Assembly: GCA_020184695.1 (NCBI GenBank) | Contig: JAANOX010000014.1 | Span: 248,001 to 312,000 of the forward strand | Length of the DNA: 64,000 nucleotides | Source: Histomonas meleagridis 2922-C6/04-290x | Lineage: Eukaryota > Protista > Parabasalia | Direction: 5' to 3' | Shown here: positions 35,091 to 48,500 of the stretch, in pieces | Position numbering within the stretch: position 1 is the stretch's first letter | Layout of the letters: the number at the start of each line of letters is the position of its first letter | Program-made: the position numbers and the translations under genes | Notes under the pieces: model-generated | Database searches by the model: none | What the model saw: only the letters and a program-made list of their open reading frames with translations | What the model was told of the DNA's origin: nothing

Positions 35091-36652
35091 ATGGAACACG
35101 AAAACGAATGGGAACTACTACTATTTGTTAAAAATTTAATCTTTAATTTAAACAAAGAAAATATTGAACAATCTGCAAAATCAATCGTTGACAAATTTAG
35201 TAATACTTATCCATTCTCTTTTAATTTACTTATAGTTAGAATTACGCAAGCGGCTCTAGTTTTGCGAGAGAAAGAAATTGATTTGTATTTGAATTTTCTC
35301 AAAGAAATTCAAAAATTGGAAATGAGCTTTCTAAAAGAAATTGATATTTTTGATATTTATATATATGCACATTTTTATGATAATGAAAACAGGCAAGAAT
35401 TCCATTATATGATTACTAAAATGATTGAAAGTAATTTAATCGATAAGAAAATATTAGATAACATTTGCACTCGGGATATAAAATTTCATGGCGGGTATTT
35501 TCTTCAATACATGACAAATGAAAAAATTAAAAATTTAGAATATTTTGAATCTGTTAAATTTATAACAGATAATTATGAAGAACTATCAAAGAATGATTTT
35601 GAACTTCATAAAAAATTAATTAGAGAAGGACATAACCCAAATGAAATAACAAAAATAATTCGAAATGATGAAATAGAAAAACTTCAAGAAATTTCATCTC
35701 AAGGAGATTTTGATTTTGATCAAACAATTGAACCATCACCATATGAAAGATGTTCATTTATTAATGAAGAAAATGTTACATTAATTGATTATGCAGCATT
35801 CTTTGGATCTATTAAATGTTTCAAATATTTACTTATGAATGGTGCAAAATTAGAAAATATGCAGTTGCAGGTGGAAATGAAGAAATCATTCATTTATGTG
35901 AACAAATTCATTCATCTTTTCAAAATGCATATGAAACAGCAATTAAGTTTCAACGAAATGATATCTTCAAATATATTTATGAAAAAAAGTTAGGAAAATT
36001 TAATGAAAATAATGTTATTCAATATATTGTTGGTGCAAATAAAAAAAATATTTGGAAGAATTAGGAAAGAATTGTGTTTCATATTTTAATTTTGAAATTT
36101 TCTCATTTTTGCAAAAAGAAGGAATGAAAATTAATGATGATATTATTAATGTATCAGCAGACTTTGGAAATATTTTTCTTGTTAAAAATTTTCTTCAACA
36201 TAATCAAATTCCAAAAGATATTTTAGTTTTTTCAGCACGTTCAGGAAACTTTGAACTTGTTAAATATATTTTAGAACACGAAAGTATTAATATTAATGTT
36301 AAAGATATTTATTTGTTTTATTTAATGTTTCTTTTATTGATTTAATATTTCAAAACAATATTTGGAAATTATTAAAATTATTGAGAACGGGACTTATTTG
36401 GGCATCTTTAAAATGTCATACAAAAATAGTTAAATTACTTCTTGAACAAAAAGGAATTGATATTAATGCTAAAAATATTTATTTGTTTTCTTTAAAATTT
36501 ATTTTAATAATTTTATATTTCAAAATAATATTTGGAAATTATTTAAAATATTTTGGACAGCACATATTAAAGCATCTCAAAATGATCATAAAGATATCGT
36601 TAAATTACTTCTCGAACAAGAAGGAATTGATAAAAGTTCCCTAATCAAATAA
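35091..36652 (+). pseudogene. DUF3447-like/ankyrin paralogue (locus G)
   Basis: ORFs 35091-35993, 35816-36064 and 36052-36345 are linked by frameshifts (10-nt microhomology deletion near 35855 relative to paralogues). Spacers at 36307-36386 (80) and 36477-36556 (80); cores at 36387-36476 and terminal 36557-36652. Confidence 0.85.
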
Positions 36653-36847
36653 GGTTACATCTCAAAATTAAAATGAAATAAATTATGAATCATTTTATTT
36701 TTTACTATACATGCATAAAAAATTCATTCTTCTAATTTTTTTTCTCTTTCAAATTCAATAAATTTTTATGATTTTTATAATTATTATTTGAAGGATATAA
36801 AAAGAAATTTCTCATAACCGTCTTTTATATATGTTACTATTTTAAAA

Positions 36848-39497
36848 ATGCCACCTCAATCTGTAATATGAATAACTCCATGCTCCCACATCACAAGACA
36901 ACAATACGCGATGACAAAACCGGAAATTCAAGCATGCTTTGATTAACTAATTAATTGAGAATCTCAAAGAGTTCAAGGATTCAATGATGAAAGCACAAGG
37001 AAAGCCAATTATTTTTGGAACAATTTTTGGTTCATACGAAATTGGGAAGTCCAGTACATTAAAATTACTTACCGGCCATAATAGTATTGTTGTTGGTAAT
37101 GGGAGGGATGAAAAAACTACCGGCGCTTTTATTTATGGACCTTTTCTTATAATGGTTTTAGAAAAAAGTTTGGAATGGAAATAATTCCAAACAACGAAAC
37201 TCAAAAAATATTTTTTATTGATACTTAAGGGTCTGGTGGTTTCAAAGCGCAATGGTCAAATTCAGGCTGGTTACTATCTTATGAGCCAACTTATTTATCC
37301 ATATGCTGCATTATCCAGTGTTATTATAACTATGTTAAATCCAGCCTTTTCAATTGACGAAGCAGATACAATTAAAGAAATTCTCAAGACAATTGATCTT
37401 ATAATTCGCGGAACGTTAAAAAGTGATTTAAGCAAAAATTTAATTGCACTTGTAAGAAATGTCCCTAAATATCAGAAAAGTAAAGGCAAATTTGATAAGT
37501 GTCAGGAAGAAATCAAAAAAAGTATTTTTAAAAAGATACAAAATGCGATTCAATATAATGATGTTATTCCACTTTATCCAATGAATATAGATGCGGATAT
37601 AATGTCACAAGGGTATGAATTTAATCTTGGGTTCAAAATCTTTGCGCAAAGACTTATAAATCATATTGAAGAAGCACGAAAAGAATTTACATTTGATTGG
37701 GAAAGCGCATGTGAAATGTTTGAAAATATAATTAATTTACCTGAACAACAAGACATCATTCAGGTTATTATTCAAATTTTTCAAGATACGCAAAATAAAA
37801 ATTATGAGAACAAATATAAACCAATTGTTGAAGAAATCATTCAAAAGAAAATTCAAGAACTTGATAATCAAAATAATAAAATCGAATCAACAATAAAGAA
37901 GGAACAATTATTGAATTACCAATTATAGGCTCCTTAAAAATTATTAAAGAATTAACAGAAGATTTCGATATTAAATTCTTAGAAGAGAAAGTAAAAGATT
38001 CAAATGTATATAAAGAATTAAAACGAAAAATTTCTGATGAAACATCAACAAAATGTAAAGTATTTAATGAACTTAGAGACCAAATGAAACAATTACAACA
38101 TAAACATTTACAAGATGAAATTAATTCGTATATCGAAACAAAGAAAAAACAATCAGAACAAACAATGACTCATAGTAAATCATCAGATTTAGGTGTACTT
38201 TTAAGGTTATGTTCATTAGATTCTGATGATTGTATTAATGAATTAAATCGAATTGGATCCGAAGAAAAAATTGATTTTTCAATCATTATGGAAATACAAG
38301 AAAACATTAATACTGAAATACATCAAATAAATGATGAAATTAAACAATAAGCTAAAAAAGTTGTTGAGAACAATAAGAAAGAATTAATTATAGAACTTAA
38401 GAAACAAACCGATGTTATTATAGAAGAAGAAATTGAACAACAAAAAGCTGAAATCCAAAACAGTGATATTTCGCAATATACACAAATATCAATTAGTTTA
38501 TTAAGTAGTATTAAGCGCAAAATCTTAACAACACATAAGAATGAATCCAAAGAAAAAATACCGAAAGAAATACGCAATAAAATAGACAATTATATATATA
38601 ATAAGTTAATTGGTAAAATGGATGAATTAAACACAGTAATTAAACAAGAAAAAGAAACACGAATTAAGAAAACTACAAAAGATTTAGAAGACAAAATGTT
38701 ATCTTTTATATCCGAAAGAATGGCAATAGCACAAGAGAAAATTAATAACATATTATTAACTGATGAATCCGCGATATTAAATGAAAGTCGTATTCGTAAC
38801 TTAGAAAATGAATGTCAACTTGAACTCGATCGAATATGTCTTCAATCTAATATCAATCAAACTGCACGACAACAAGTTGAAGATTTCATACGTTCACAAG
38901 CTAAAAGTATATTAATCGAAATGGGACAAAACGCGCATAAAATAGCTGGAGAAAACACAGAGAAAGTAATCGAAAGCTTGAAACAAATTGCGGAATCTAT
39001 AATTCAAAAGCGACTTCAAGGAAAAGATTCGAATGGAATTAGAAAGAGAAAAAATGTCAATAAGAACTGAAATGCAAAATAGGTCAGGAAGTCCTTTGGA
39101 TGTATTACCGTGTGATGTTGTAAGTAGACTTAATCGGAAATGTGACTATGTTATATCAGATGCAAACGAAAGCATTCGAAGTGAGTTAAAGGCATACAGC
39201 GCTTCATTGTTAAGTGAATGCGTCGAAGAATTAAACAATGAGGCAAAAATAATCTCAAAGAAGAGCCAAAAACTTAAGAAGGGCGTAGGAAAGTTCTTCA
39301 AGACATTAGGAAAAGTTGCAATTTCTGCAAAAAATGATCATTTAGAATTAAGTAAAAACGAATTTGTTTTTAATGAATTATCCGACCAAATAAGCACAGA
39401 AATATGCAAAATAGAAATATCCGATAACCAAATTCAGAATTCTTCTTTTCATTATATAAGAAATCCGAAACTGAATTTTGTTCATTATTTCATTTAA
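36848..39497 (+). pseudogene. Guanylate-binding protein/atlastin-like large GTPase with coiled-coil tail, disrupted
   Basis: P-loop GSYEIGKSSTL, switch-I-like KTTG, and G3 IDT*G (TAA at 37226-37228 where E is expected). Multiple frameshifted helical/coiled-coil ORFs follow. Confidence 0.65.
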
Positions 39498-40478
39498 GTA
39501 TTACCTTAAAAATTTTTGGGATATATTGCGTTTTTTTTGGGTTCTGTCTTATATAGCAGTGTTTTCTACATATGCATTGTACATAAATATATATTTAACA
39601 TGTACCCCCGAAGTACAATAGCACTATTGAAGAAATTTTTAAATATTTCCAAAATAAAAGATAATAAATAATTTCCATATGAAATTTTATATAAGAGCTA
39701 TTCATAAAAAAATTAGTATAAATATGATATTATAATTTAATGATAGTTTATACGACTTATTATATATTTTTTCAATTCTAAATTCCAAAATTAAATGATA
39801 TTGTTTGTTTGAGAATTTACAATATTTAACAAAATTCAAAATATAATTTAGAAGAAGTTAAAAAATAAAAAGATATAAAAGCAAAACTAATAATTTATTA
39901 AAAAGTTTGTATAGGCATTCAAACTTGTTCTTTCAAACTTTGTAAACTAACCCAAGAAATGGCTGATTAAGACTTTTATAATTTGTTTTCAAATATAAAG
40001 GTTTTAGAAGATTATCTAAAATCTCACAAAACATATTTTTTGTTTAGGCTTTATATCTCTAAAAACAAAAAATATTGAGGTTTTCAAAAATGGTCTTATG
40101 AATTCCTCTAATTTTTATATATATTGTTCTCCATCATATGCTGGTAATTTTGGTATTAGTAGTTTTTTCTGAAATCAATTTTATATGGAAAAAACGAGAT
40201 TTTAAATTTTTCTTCAATCGAGCGATTTCCCAATGCTTAAGACCCACAGGTGTATCACTAAGACTGTTAAACACAAAATCTGTTACAAAAATAGGTATCC
40301 TATAAAAGATAGAGTTCTTTACAAATTTTTGTAAATTTAACGTACAAAAAACGACCGTTTATTTATCCGAAATTGTACCTGGAAGAAAAAACAACAAATT
40401 TAAGTCAATTCAAAAGTTGCTTAATTGAGATCTTTACGAAAGTATTTTTGCTGATTTCAATAGTTTATATTCTACAAA

Positions 40479-43400
40479 ATGGATGAGTGCTTGAAGAATC
40501 TTCAAGCAATTTTAAACTCAAAGAAAAATCAAAAAATTGATACACCCATCCAAAAAGAGCTTTCGAATTTCAAAGAATTATTACCTCAAAAAATTAGTGA
40601 AAAAAGCATATCCATAATTGAAGCAATTTTATTAAAATTGTTAAAAGTCAATAACTTATCTGCTCAAACATCCATTTCTATCGCAAAGTGTCTTGTAGAT
40701 TTATATCATTTAGAAAAATCTATGAAATTCTGGAATTTAATTTCATTGGCCACAAGTTCACCAACACCTCCTGTATTATTTGCACTAGGACATGTTGTAA
40801 AAGAAATAGGGCATAACTCTAAGTCATCTCTTTCAAGTATTGCACAACAATTAGTTAATTCCAAAGATGATCTAATTTATCCCTCGTTATTTGCACTCAG
40901 ACATATTTACAAAGTATGTGGCGACGTTTTGAACAAACACGCACCAAAATGTTATACTTATTGCAAAAACAATATTAATAATGATGAGTCAACAAAAATA
41001 GAAGCAATTCGTCTTCTTCAGGTCCTCATCAATTTTCAAAATGTTCCACTCAAGAAAATTCTTAACTCTGCTGAATCTGCATTCCGCAATTCAAAATCAA
41101 TATTTGTAATTAATGAAGCGTCAAAGCTAGTTGCGCTTTGTGCTTTTTCTCTTTACAAGAGCAAGTTAAATGAGTCCACTTCTTCATCAGCACAACCACA
41201 AGATTTAATAATCAAACAAAATGATAAATTTAACAAAAACGATCTTAACGACAGCTTTGCTATTCTTACCCAATTCAAAAACCATTTTCGAACCATTTTT
41301 CCTATTTTTGTTTCCCTTTTAGGAAACAGTTTTTACATGAAAACAAATCAAAGGCAAATAACCGATTTTTTACTTCACATTTCCTACTCAAACATTATTG
41401 AATTTATTCCATTATTTTCCAACGAAAACAAAAGTTATCTTTTTAGTAAAATAAAAGAAAAAGAAGGTATACCAATCGAACTTCTTGAAAAACTTATGTA
41501 TGATAAAAAATCCGCTCGAGTCGTTACTGAATATGTAATACAAAAATATAATATTTCGACTTCAACTTCATTTTTTTCGACACTAACAAATGCGTTTCCA
41601 CAAGTTTCTCTTGAATATATTATCTCATCATTCACATATTTGATATCAATACCAAAAATTGATCCAAAAGAATATGAAAGTAAATCATTACTTATTTCAT
41701 TGTTAATCAGTCAAATAAAGAACAAGAAACAAGTAATTGAAACACAAACGCCAATGATTCGAATGTTTCTTGATTCTGTTATTAATACCAAAGATATTAT
41801 TCATTGTAAAGTTTTTTCATATTTTTATATTATCACAATTATACCGAAAAGTTTTCGAAACGAAGAATTTATTAATGATCAAATCCAAATATTAACATCG
41901 ATCTTAAAGAACCAATTATCCATTAATGAAAAGAATAAAAATAATATCATCGAAATTATCCAATCGATACTTTATTACTTGTCGAAATATCCGAATAATG
42001 AATTTGCAAATGCATTAATCGAATCGTTAAAGTTACCAAATAATATGCAATTGTTAACAAACGAATCGATTTTATCATTAGCAAATTATCTTATAAAAGT
42101 AACAAACTTTTCATCGTTTTTTGTATTTTTTATCTTAAATAAATTATTATCAACGAAAATAACCAAAAAATTAATTGAAGAAAAATTTTCGTTTTTATTT
42201 ATAACTGAAAATGATTTATATCATTATAAAAAAGTTAAAGAAAATATTCATATACAAAAACAATCGATTTTCGTTAATGAAGATAAATTTAATTTAATTT
42301 TAGTTGATGCATTAGCTGTTCTATATCCGAAATTAAATGAAACAGAACAAACGAAATTTCGTAATTTGTGTTTAAAGGATATTAATGACTTCGGTTTAAT
42401 AGTTATATTATCAATTTATCAAAACAATTGTAAAAATATTCCTGAAAATTTCATTGATGTTTTACTTAAGTCATTAAATTCTTCGTCAAACGATATTAAA
42501 AAACAAATAATATCAGAAATAATATCAAAGCATTTGATAATATACGAAAAATTATTCGATAAAATATTTAATTACATTAAAAAATCGAAAAATTCTTCGT
42601 CTTGTTTTTTGATTGCTTCAATCTCAAGAAATTTGAATATTTCTGATGCAATTATACAAGAAATACTTACATTTTTAAATCAACTTGTTAATACTAATTT
42701 ATGTGATTATGTATTTCATTGCTTAAAGATTTTATATGATTCGAAATCAGTTCAAATTATGAAATTCGTTCAATTGGCAGAAGAAAAGTGTCAAATTTTG
42801 TTGAACGTTTTGAACTCCTCAATTTCATTGAATCCGTTTTCACTTCATGTTATAACGTCTTTCATCGAGAAACTTATTCCAACTTTAATGCCTTTTATAT
42901 CGAATGATATGATAAATTTGTATATAAAATTGATATTAAATTCAGTTTATAATTCAACTGCTTCTTGTTCGAAAATTTTATTTCATATAATTTATAGAGT
43001 TATTTTCGCTTTCTCTCCTTTAATAGTTGATAAATATCAAATTCATTATCCATTATCAAACAAAGCTTCAGCTGATTATAAATTAGTTGTATGTACTTCA
43101 TTGACGAATATTTTCGATGTTTCAAAAGTTTCAACAAAAATAAATAACATTGAAAAAGTCGTTTTTGACATTTTTGTACTTTTGCAAAGAACCGAAGATG
43201 ATAGAGCCTCAAATTGTTTGGTTTCTTTAGCAAATGTATTGAATAGTATTGAATTTGATCCAAGTGATCTCAAAAAGTGGATTAACGTTACTAAACAAAT
43301 TTTGATTTCTGATTCAACTCCAGGTTTTGGAAATTTGATAATTAAACCAAATGATAGTGTAAAGATATGTGCATTAAATATTATCTTAACTTTACTACCA

Positions 43401-45128
43401 TCGCTAGAAAAGAAAAAGCCGTTACAAACAGATTGTTTAGATGATATAATCAGTTCAACAATTCGAACAATCGAAACCAAAAACGACATTTTTTATTCAT
43501 TATCATATACAATATTAAAGAAAGTTGTTGAGTTATTCCAATATGCTCGAAATTCGGAAGGACAAAATCGATTACTTATTGTTTATGATTCGCAATTCTC
43601 GATCGCGTTACGTTATTCGTTTTATGGTAACATCGATTTCTCGTATGAATTTCTTGTGATATATTTAGACTTTTATTTCGATGATTTCCAATATAACCAA
43701 CAAAGCGTTATGAACATTCTTGAATATTATATCAAAGGGATCCAAAAAATCGAAGATAAAACAAATGGTTATTATGCAATAACATCGAAACTTTGTATTT
43801 TAGCAATGGAATATACGGAAATTTTCAACAATTTCCGTAATTTCTTCAAATCGTTAATAAATTCTTTCGTTAAAATGTTATTAGATACAATTAAATTAAG
43901 AACTTCAAAAGTGAATTGGAACGAAATTAAAAATTATCGCGAAAAGATTTCGCCGTTTTATAAGAACTTTTTAATTTCTTTCGTTTGGTTACAAACAATT
44001 TCGACCGAAAATACAAATGATAACTTAGAAATTTACGTCTCGTTCTTCCTTTATGAGTTAACAAGTTCTTCTGAGTCTTGGAGAATATTCGCTGCGTTTG
44101 CGGCTCTCACAGAAACATTAAAACTTTGGTATCATTTGATTTCGTTTGATATGAAATCGTTGACAATAAATTATTTAATCGAAGCAATTCTAAAAAATAA
44201 AATTTTGTTGGAACCTTTAATCCAACAATTCTTAAAATACGCAGTTAAATTCTTGGATGAAATTAATAATAAAAGAGATTTATGGAGATCATTGGCTTAT
44301 TTCGCATTAGAGTTTTCGTGCGATGAGAAAACTCTTTGTTCGATCATTTTAAATTCCGATTCAACTGATTCAATTCTTTTGATCGTCGATTTAATTTTGA
44401 AACAATTACTCAATAGAAATTATTCTGAGGGAAAAGCGGTTGCATTACTAACGGTCGTCTTTGATAAGTTTCCTCAAACAATTCCTTCAATTGTTAGAAA
44501 AATTTGTAATTATAAAGAAGATTTAAGTGATTTCATTGACTTCCAAATGATGGTTTATAAGAGGGCTATTTTAAGATCTGATTTTATTATTTCAATTGAT
44601 CATATTGCAGATGTTTGTATAAAGAATTTCGATAAAGGTTTGAAATTAATAGGAAATGTTTTAATCAAAAAGCCGAAAACTGGATTCGAAATGCTTGCTT
44701 ATGGAGTTGCAAATAAAGTTGTTGAAAATATCGACAAATCAATCGAAACTGCAATTATTTGCCTTAACTTTTTGTTTATTGTGCTGGATCAGATCAGAAA
44801 TGAACCAGTTGCATCTTCTGTAGTGTTAGAAATATCTAAAGCTGCAATTCATTCAATCTGCAAATGGTCAATCAACAAAAAATACGGAAAAGAAATCATT
44901 CAAGCTGCTGCAACCATTCTTAAGACATCAGAAACTATTGACAAACAGTCCTTAGTCTCTGCTTTTGAAAACGTAAATAAAAGTGATATCGAAATGAGTA
45001 TGAAAGCAATCAAATCTTTTGCTAACGTTTCTAGTACAAAGAAACGTCAGCTAAAGAAGTTCTCTTCAAACACAGCAAGAAGACAACGCGATGATGACGG
45101 CGAGTGGCAAGATCTCGAAATCGAATAA
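40479..45128 (+). CDS. Large HEAT-repeat protein, HEATR5/Laa1-like (AP-1 accessory)
   Basis: 1549 aa, all-helical. LFALGHVVKEIG, CLDDIISSTIRTI and YDSQFSIALRYSF segments resemble HEATR5. Acidic tail DDDGEWQDL. Confidence 0.6.
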   Translation: MDECLKNLQAILNSKKNQKIDTPIQKELSNFKELLPQKISEKSISIIEAILLKLLKVNNLSAQTSISIAKCLVDLYHLEKSMKFWNLISLATSSPTPPVLFALGHVVKEIGHNSKSSLSSIAQQLVNSKDDLIYPSLFALRHIYKVCGDVLNKHAPKCYTYCKNNINNDESTKIEAIRLLQVLINFQNVPLKKILNSAESAFRNSKSIFVINEASKLVALCAFSLYKSKLNESTSSSAQPQDLIIKQNDKFNKNDLNDSFAILTQFKNHFRTIFPIFVSLLGNSFYMKTNQRQITDFLLHISYSNIIEFIPLFSNENKSYLFSKIKEKEGIPIELLEKLMYDKKSARVVTEYVIQKYNISTSTSFFSTLTNAFPQVSLEYIISSFTYLISIPKIDPKEYESKSLLISLLISQIKNKKQVIETQTPMIRMFLDSVINTKDIIHCKVFSYFYIITIIPKSFRNEEFINDQIQILTSILKNQLSINEKNKNNIIEIIQSILYYLSKYPNNEFANALIESLKLPNNMQLLTNESILSLANYLIKVTNFSSFFVFFILNKLLSTKITKKLIEEKFSFLFITENDLYHYKKVKENIHIQKQSIFVNEDKFNLILVDALAVLYPKLNETEQTKFRNLCLKDINDFGLIVILSIYQNNCKNIPENFIDVLLKSLNSSSNDIKKQIISEIISKHLIIYEKLFDKIFNYIKKSKNSSSCFLIASISRNLNISDAIIQEILTFLNQLVNTNLCDYVFHCLKILYDSKSVQIMKFVQLAEEKCQILLNVLNSSISLNPFSLHVITSFIEKLIPTLMPFISNDMINLYIKLILNSVYNSTASCSKILFHIIYRVIFAFSPLIVDKYQIHYPLSNKASADYKLVVCTSLTNIFDVSKVSTKINNIEKVVFDIFVLLQRTEDDRASNCLVSLANVLNSIEFDPSDLKKWINVTKQILISDSTPGFGNLIIKPNDSVKICALNIILTLLPSLEKKKPLQTDCLDDIISSTIRTIETKNDIFYSLSYTILKKVVELFQYARNSEGQNRLLIVYDSQFSIALRYSFYGNIDFSYEFLVIYLDFYFDDFQYNQQSVMNILEYYIKGIQKIEDKTNGYYAITSKLCILAMEYTEIFNNFRNFFKSLINSFVKMLLDTIKLRTSKVNWNEIKNYREKISPFYKNFLISFVWLQTISTENTNDNLEIYVSFFLYELTSSSESWRIFAAFAALTETLKLWYHLISFDMKSLTINYLIEAILKNKILLEPLIQQFLKYAVKFLDEINNKRDLWRSLAYFALEFSCDEKTLCSIILNSDSTDSILLIVDLILKQLLNRNYSEGKAVALLTVVFDKFPQTIPSIVRKICNYKEDLSDFIDFQMMVYKRAILRSDFIISIDHIADVCIKNFDKGLKLIGNVLIKKPKTGFEMLAYGVANKVVENIDKSIETAIICLNFLFIVLDQIRNEPVASSVVLEISKAAIHSICKWSINKKYGKEIIQAAATILKTSETIDKQSLVSAFENVNKSDIEMSMKAIKSFANVSSTKKRQLKKFSSNTARRQRDDDGEWQDLEIE

Positions 45129-45598
45129 TTCGAACAGACTTAGTCAATTTATGATGGAAAAAGAAATTTAAGAAAAAACATTACACACAATGTAATCATA
45201 TTCGAAAAAATAGAGTAATTGATTTCTTTTTTTTATCACAAAAAAAAAAAAAATCAATCAAAAAAATTTTAATTTATTTGTCAATTAAAAAAGGAATTAA
45301 TTTCCGAAAAATACAAAATATTATGAAATTGTTTTTTATTTTTTTATTTAGATTTTGTGCAACTCGAAGGAAACTGCATGTAATTGCTATATAATTGGAA
45401 ATATTGCCAAATTGGCTAAATTTTCCAAATAACTTTTTGCTTATGTTATATACAAAATAAACATTAAAGGAACAAAAATATTTTCAAATATAAAATTGTT
45501 CATGTGGTACTGCATTTTAATTAAATAAAATCTTTCTTATAGTAAATTTTTTATTTGGCCAAATTCTATAACATCTTCACCGGTGCAAAAACCGCCGG

Positions 45599-48500
45599 AT
45601 GCAATCAACGGTCAAAATGGGATTTATTTCGTTCCTGCTCCTATCTTTCTTATTCCCAATTGCACTGTTGTTCTTGATTTTCTTCATCATTTTAAAGAGG
45701 GCTTTTCGAAAGAGTCAGGAAAAAATAAATATTGTGAAAGGATCAAAAGCTTTATCATACTCTTTAATTTCATTCAAAACAAACAAAGTAGAGTTGACAT
45801 TCAAGGACTTAACAATAGATTTTAACCCAATAGGTTTGTTTTTGTCAAGTTTTGATCTATTTTTTATTAATTTTGACTATGTCGAAATTGATTTTTTAGG
45901 AAAAGAAAGCTCGCCAAAAGAAAAGGCTAGAAGCAATGTGCGCAAAGAAATTTTCCATCAGCTTATATTACACATTTTAGTTATGATAATTAAAAGAATC
46001 ACAATTCAAGTGAAAAATTTCATCATTAAATCCAAGCCATTCTCATGTGAGTTTACAAAAACAAGAGCAACGTATGTAGGTACTACAAAAACAATATCAT
46101 TTGATATTTTATTAGGCGGAACACAAATTACATTTGAAAACACAGTTACGTTTAATTTAAATCAACTTTCTTTTCAACTAATTTCAAATTCCGACCCAAT
46201 TTTATCACTATTAAATCTTGAAGCAATTGTAATTCCTTTTGATTTTCAAATACCACATGTCAAATTCTTCATGGATGGAGGTAACTTTAAACTTGATCCA
46301 CTTGATGCCTCTATAGTTCTTCCACGAGGAAAAATCGATTTTAATTTTCCAGGATTCGATGGCGTATCGTCATTAAATTTTCCGAAGTTTACAGTTATTT
46401 TGAATGAACTTGACGGTTTTATCAGTCGGTCACTTTTAGACATACCTAAATTAATATTAAATGTCACCAAATTTTCGATGAAATCGTTACAATTATTCCA
46501 TGAAAAACGTCTTTTCATAGGGTTAAATGAATTTGCATTATATAATCAAGTTAATTCATTTTGGACTATTGCGATTCATTCCATCAATTTGAATTATCAC
46601 ACAAAAATCGGCATTAAAATAGTACCATTTTTTGTGTCATTAATTAAGAACATAATGAAAACATATCCACGAAAGAAAACTTCATTAACATTACCACAAA
46701 TCAATTTAGATATAAATAAATTATCGATCAATATGAAATTAACAGATTCTGCGTTAATTGATATTAACACAGAGAACATTATAATGTTAAATCAAAACAT
46801 TAAAATACCAATTATTACATTATATTTAAACAATTCTAAGATAATAATATTAAAAGATAATAACATTGATATCAATGAAAAACAATTTTTAAACATTCAT
46901 ATGAAATCATTTCATTTTCATGATCGAAGAACATTTTATATTTCGGACATTTTATTACAAATATTATATGCATGGAGAGCTATAGCGCCAATGATAGTAA
47001 CGCATGCAACGGACAAAGAAAGTTTACCATTTCCGATTGAAATTTCAGCAAATTTCGCAACATTAAAAATTCATGATTCTTTATTACATTCATCTATTTC
47101 AAGAGCTAATAAAATTATACCGACAATACTTAAAGATTCATATGTTCGACAATATTTATTATCCAAGAAAACAGTCGAATCGAATTTATCTGATCATGCA
47201 TTTGATACTGCATTTCATCAATTAAAGTTCATTGAGTTTAATGAATATTTACAAAAACTTAAAAATATAAAAAGACATAAATTCGTATTAAAAGTGTTAT
47301 TTGAAAATATTTCATTCTCATTCGATTCACGTGAAATGACCGAGAAAATCCCATTAATTCAACGATTTGATCCAACACTTAAAGAATTATATCCAAACAT
47401 TGAATGGGAGACAATGTTTGGCGCTGATTTCATTGCTAAATGGAGTCAAATGAATGTATATGCATTTGATATTGATGATCCGATAATATATGGAACAGAT
47501 ATATGTTTCCAAGGACCATTAATATTAGCCGAACCTAAACATAAAGAATTTGTTAACTTAACATTTAAACTTGATGATGAAATAATTCAAGTCTCGAAAA
47601 ACCCAATGAAAATTAAATTGTTTAGTGAAATGATTATATCAGCTGATCATTTCTATTATTATTTTGGTGATTGTTTCCAGCCAATATATCAAGAAATATT
47701 ATTAACATTATATGGTATAATACCAAATGGAGTTGATCCATCCAAACGATTAATATTATTTGATAATTTACGATGTCAATTCCGCGGACAATATTTATTT
47801 AAAGCAAATACATTTGAAATTCGATATCCTGCGAATAATAATTATCATATATTAGATGATTATATGCCAATTAAATTATTAAAAATGAATTTCATGTGGA
47901 GAGAAGGGTATTCAGTATTAAATTGTTATAAATTAGTGTCGCCTCGTATATATAATGGTAAAGAAGGTCCAATTTCGGTCGATTTACCAAAGTTAAATTG
48001 GACATTTAAATTCCATTTCGTTACTGATGGTAAAGAAGACCCTAAAAAGTTCATAGTGTATCCAAATGTCTCTAAATTTAATGATGAGAATTATGATACT
48101 TATGAACATTATCGAGCTAAAGGTATTATTATGGATGATTCAGCTTTGTCATTTAGTGAAGCTGATAAAATATTACCAAACGTTACAATGGATTTGGTAC
48201 ATTTCGAATGGTTTTGGAAGCCTCTTTTATACTTCGCAAAAACAACACATGTTAAATGTCAATATACAAAGAAGTTAGGTTTTAGATCGATAAATAGATT
48301 GCCAATTAAATATTTGATCGATATGAAACGTGATGGAATACTTAGAATTATCGCAGATTGTTTCGTAATTAGGATTTTCGACCATTTCCCAATTGATGGA
48401 ATTAATGAAATCGAAGGTTCGTCTGTCGATTTTCGTTTTAATAACTTTAATATGATAACAAATTGTGATATGAGTTTTGAGCGTAATATTTTTAAGAGTA

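Noticed and set aside
4020-37228. Stop-codon reassignment (many single in-frame stops)
   Set aside because: The stops fall at positions expected to encode different residues (E in DTEG, K in AKD, L in a core), and TAA, TAG and TGA all end intact genes here. Point mutation is the simpler explanation.
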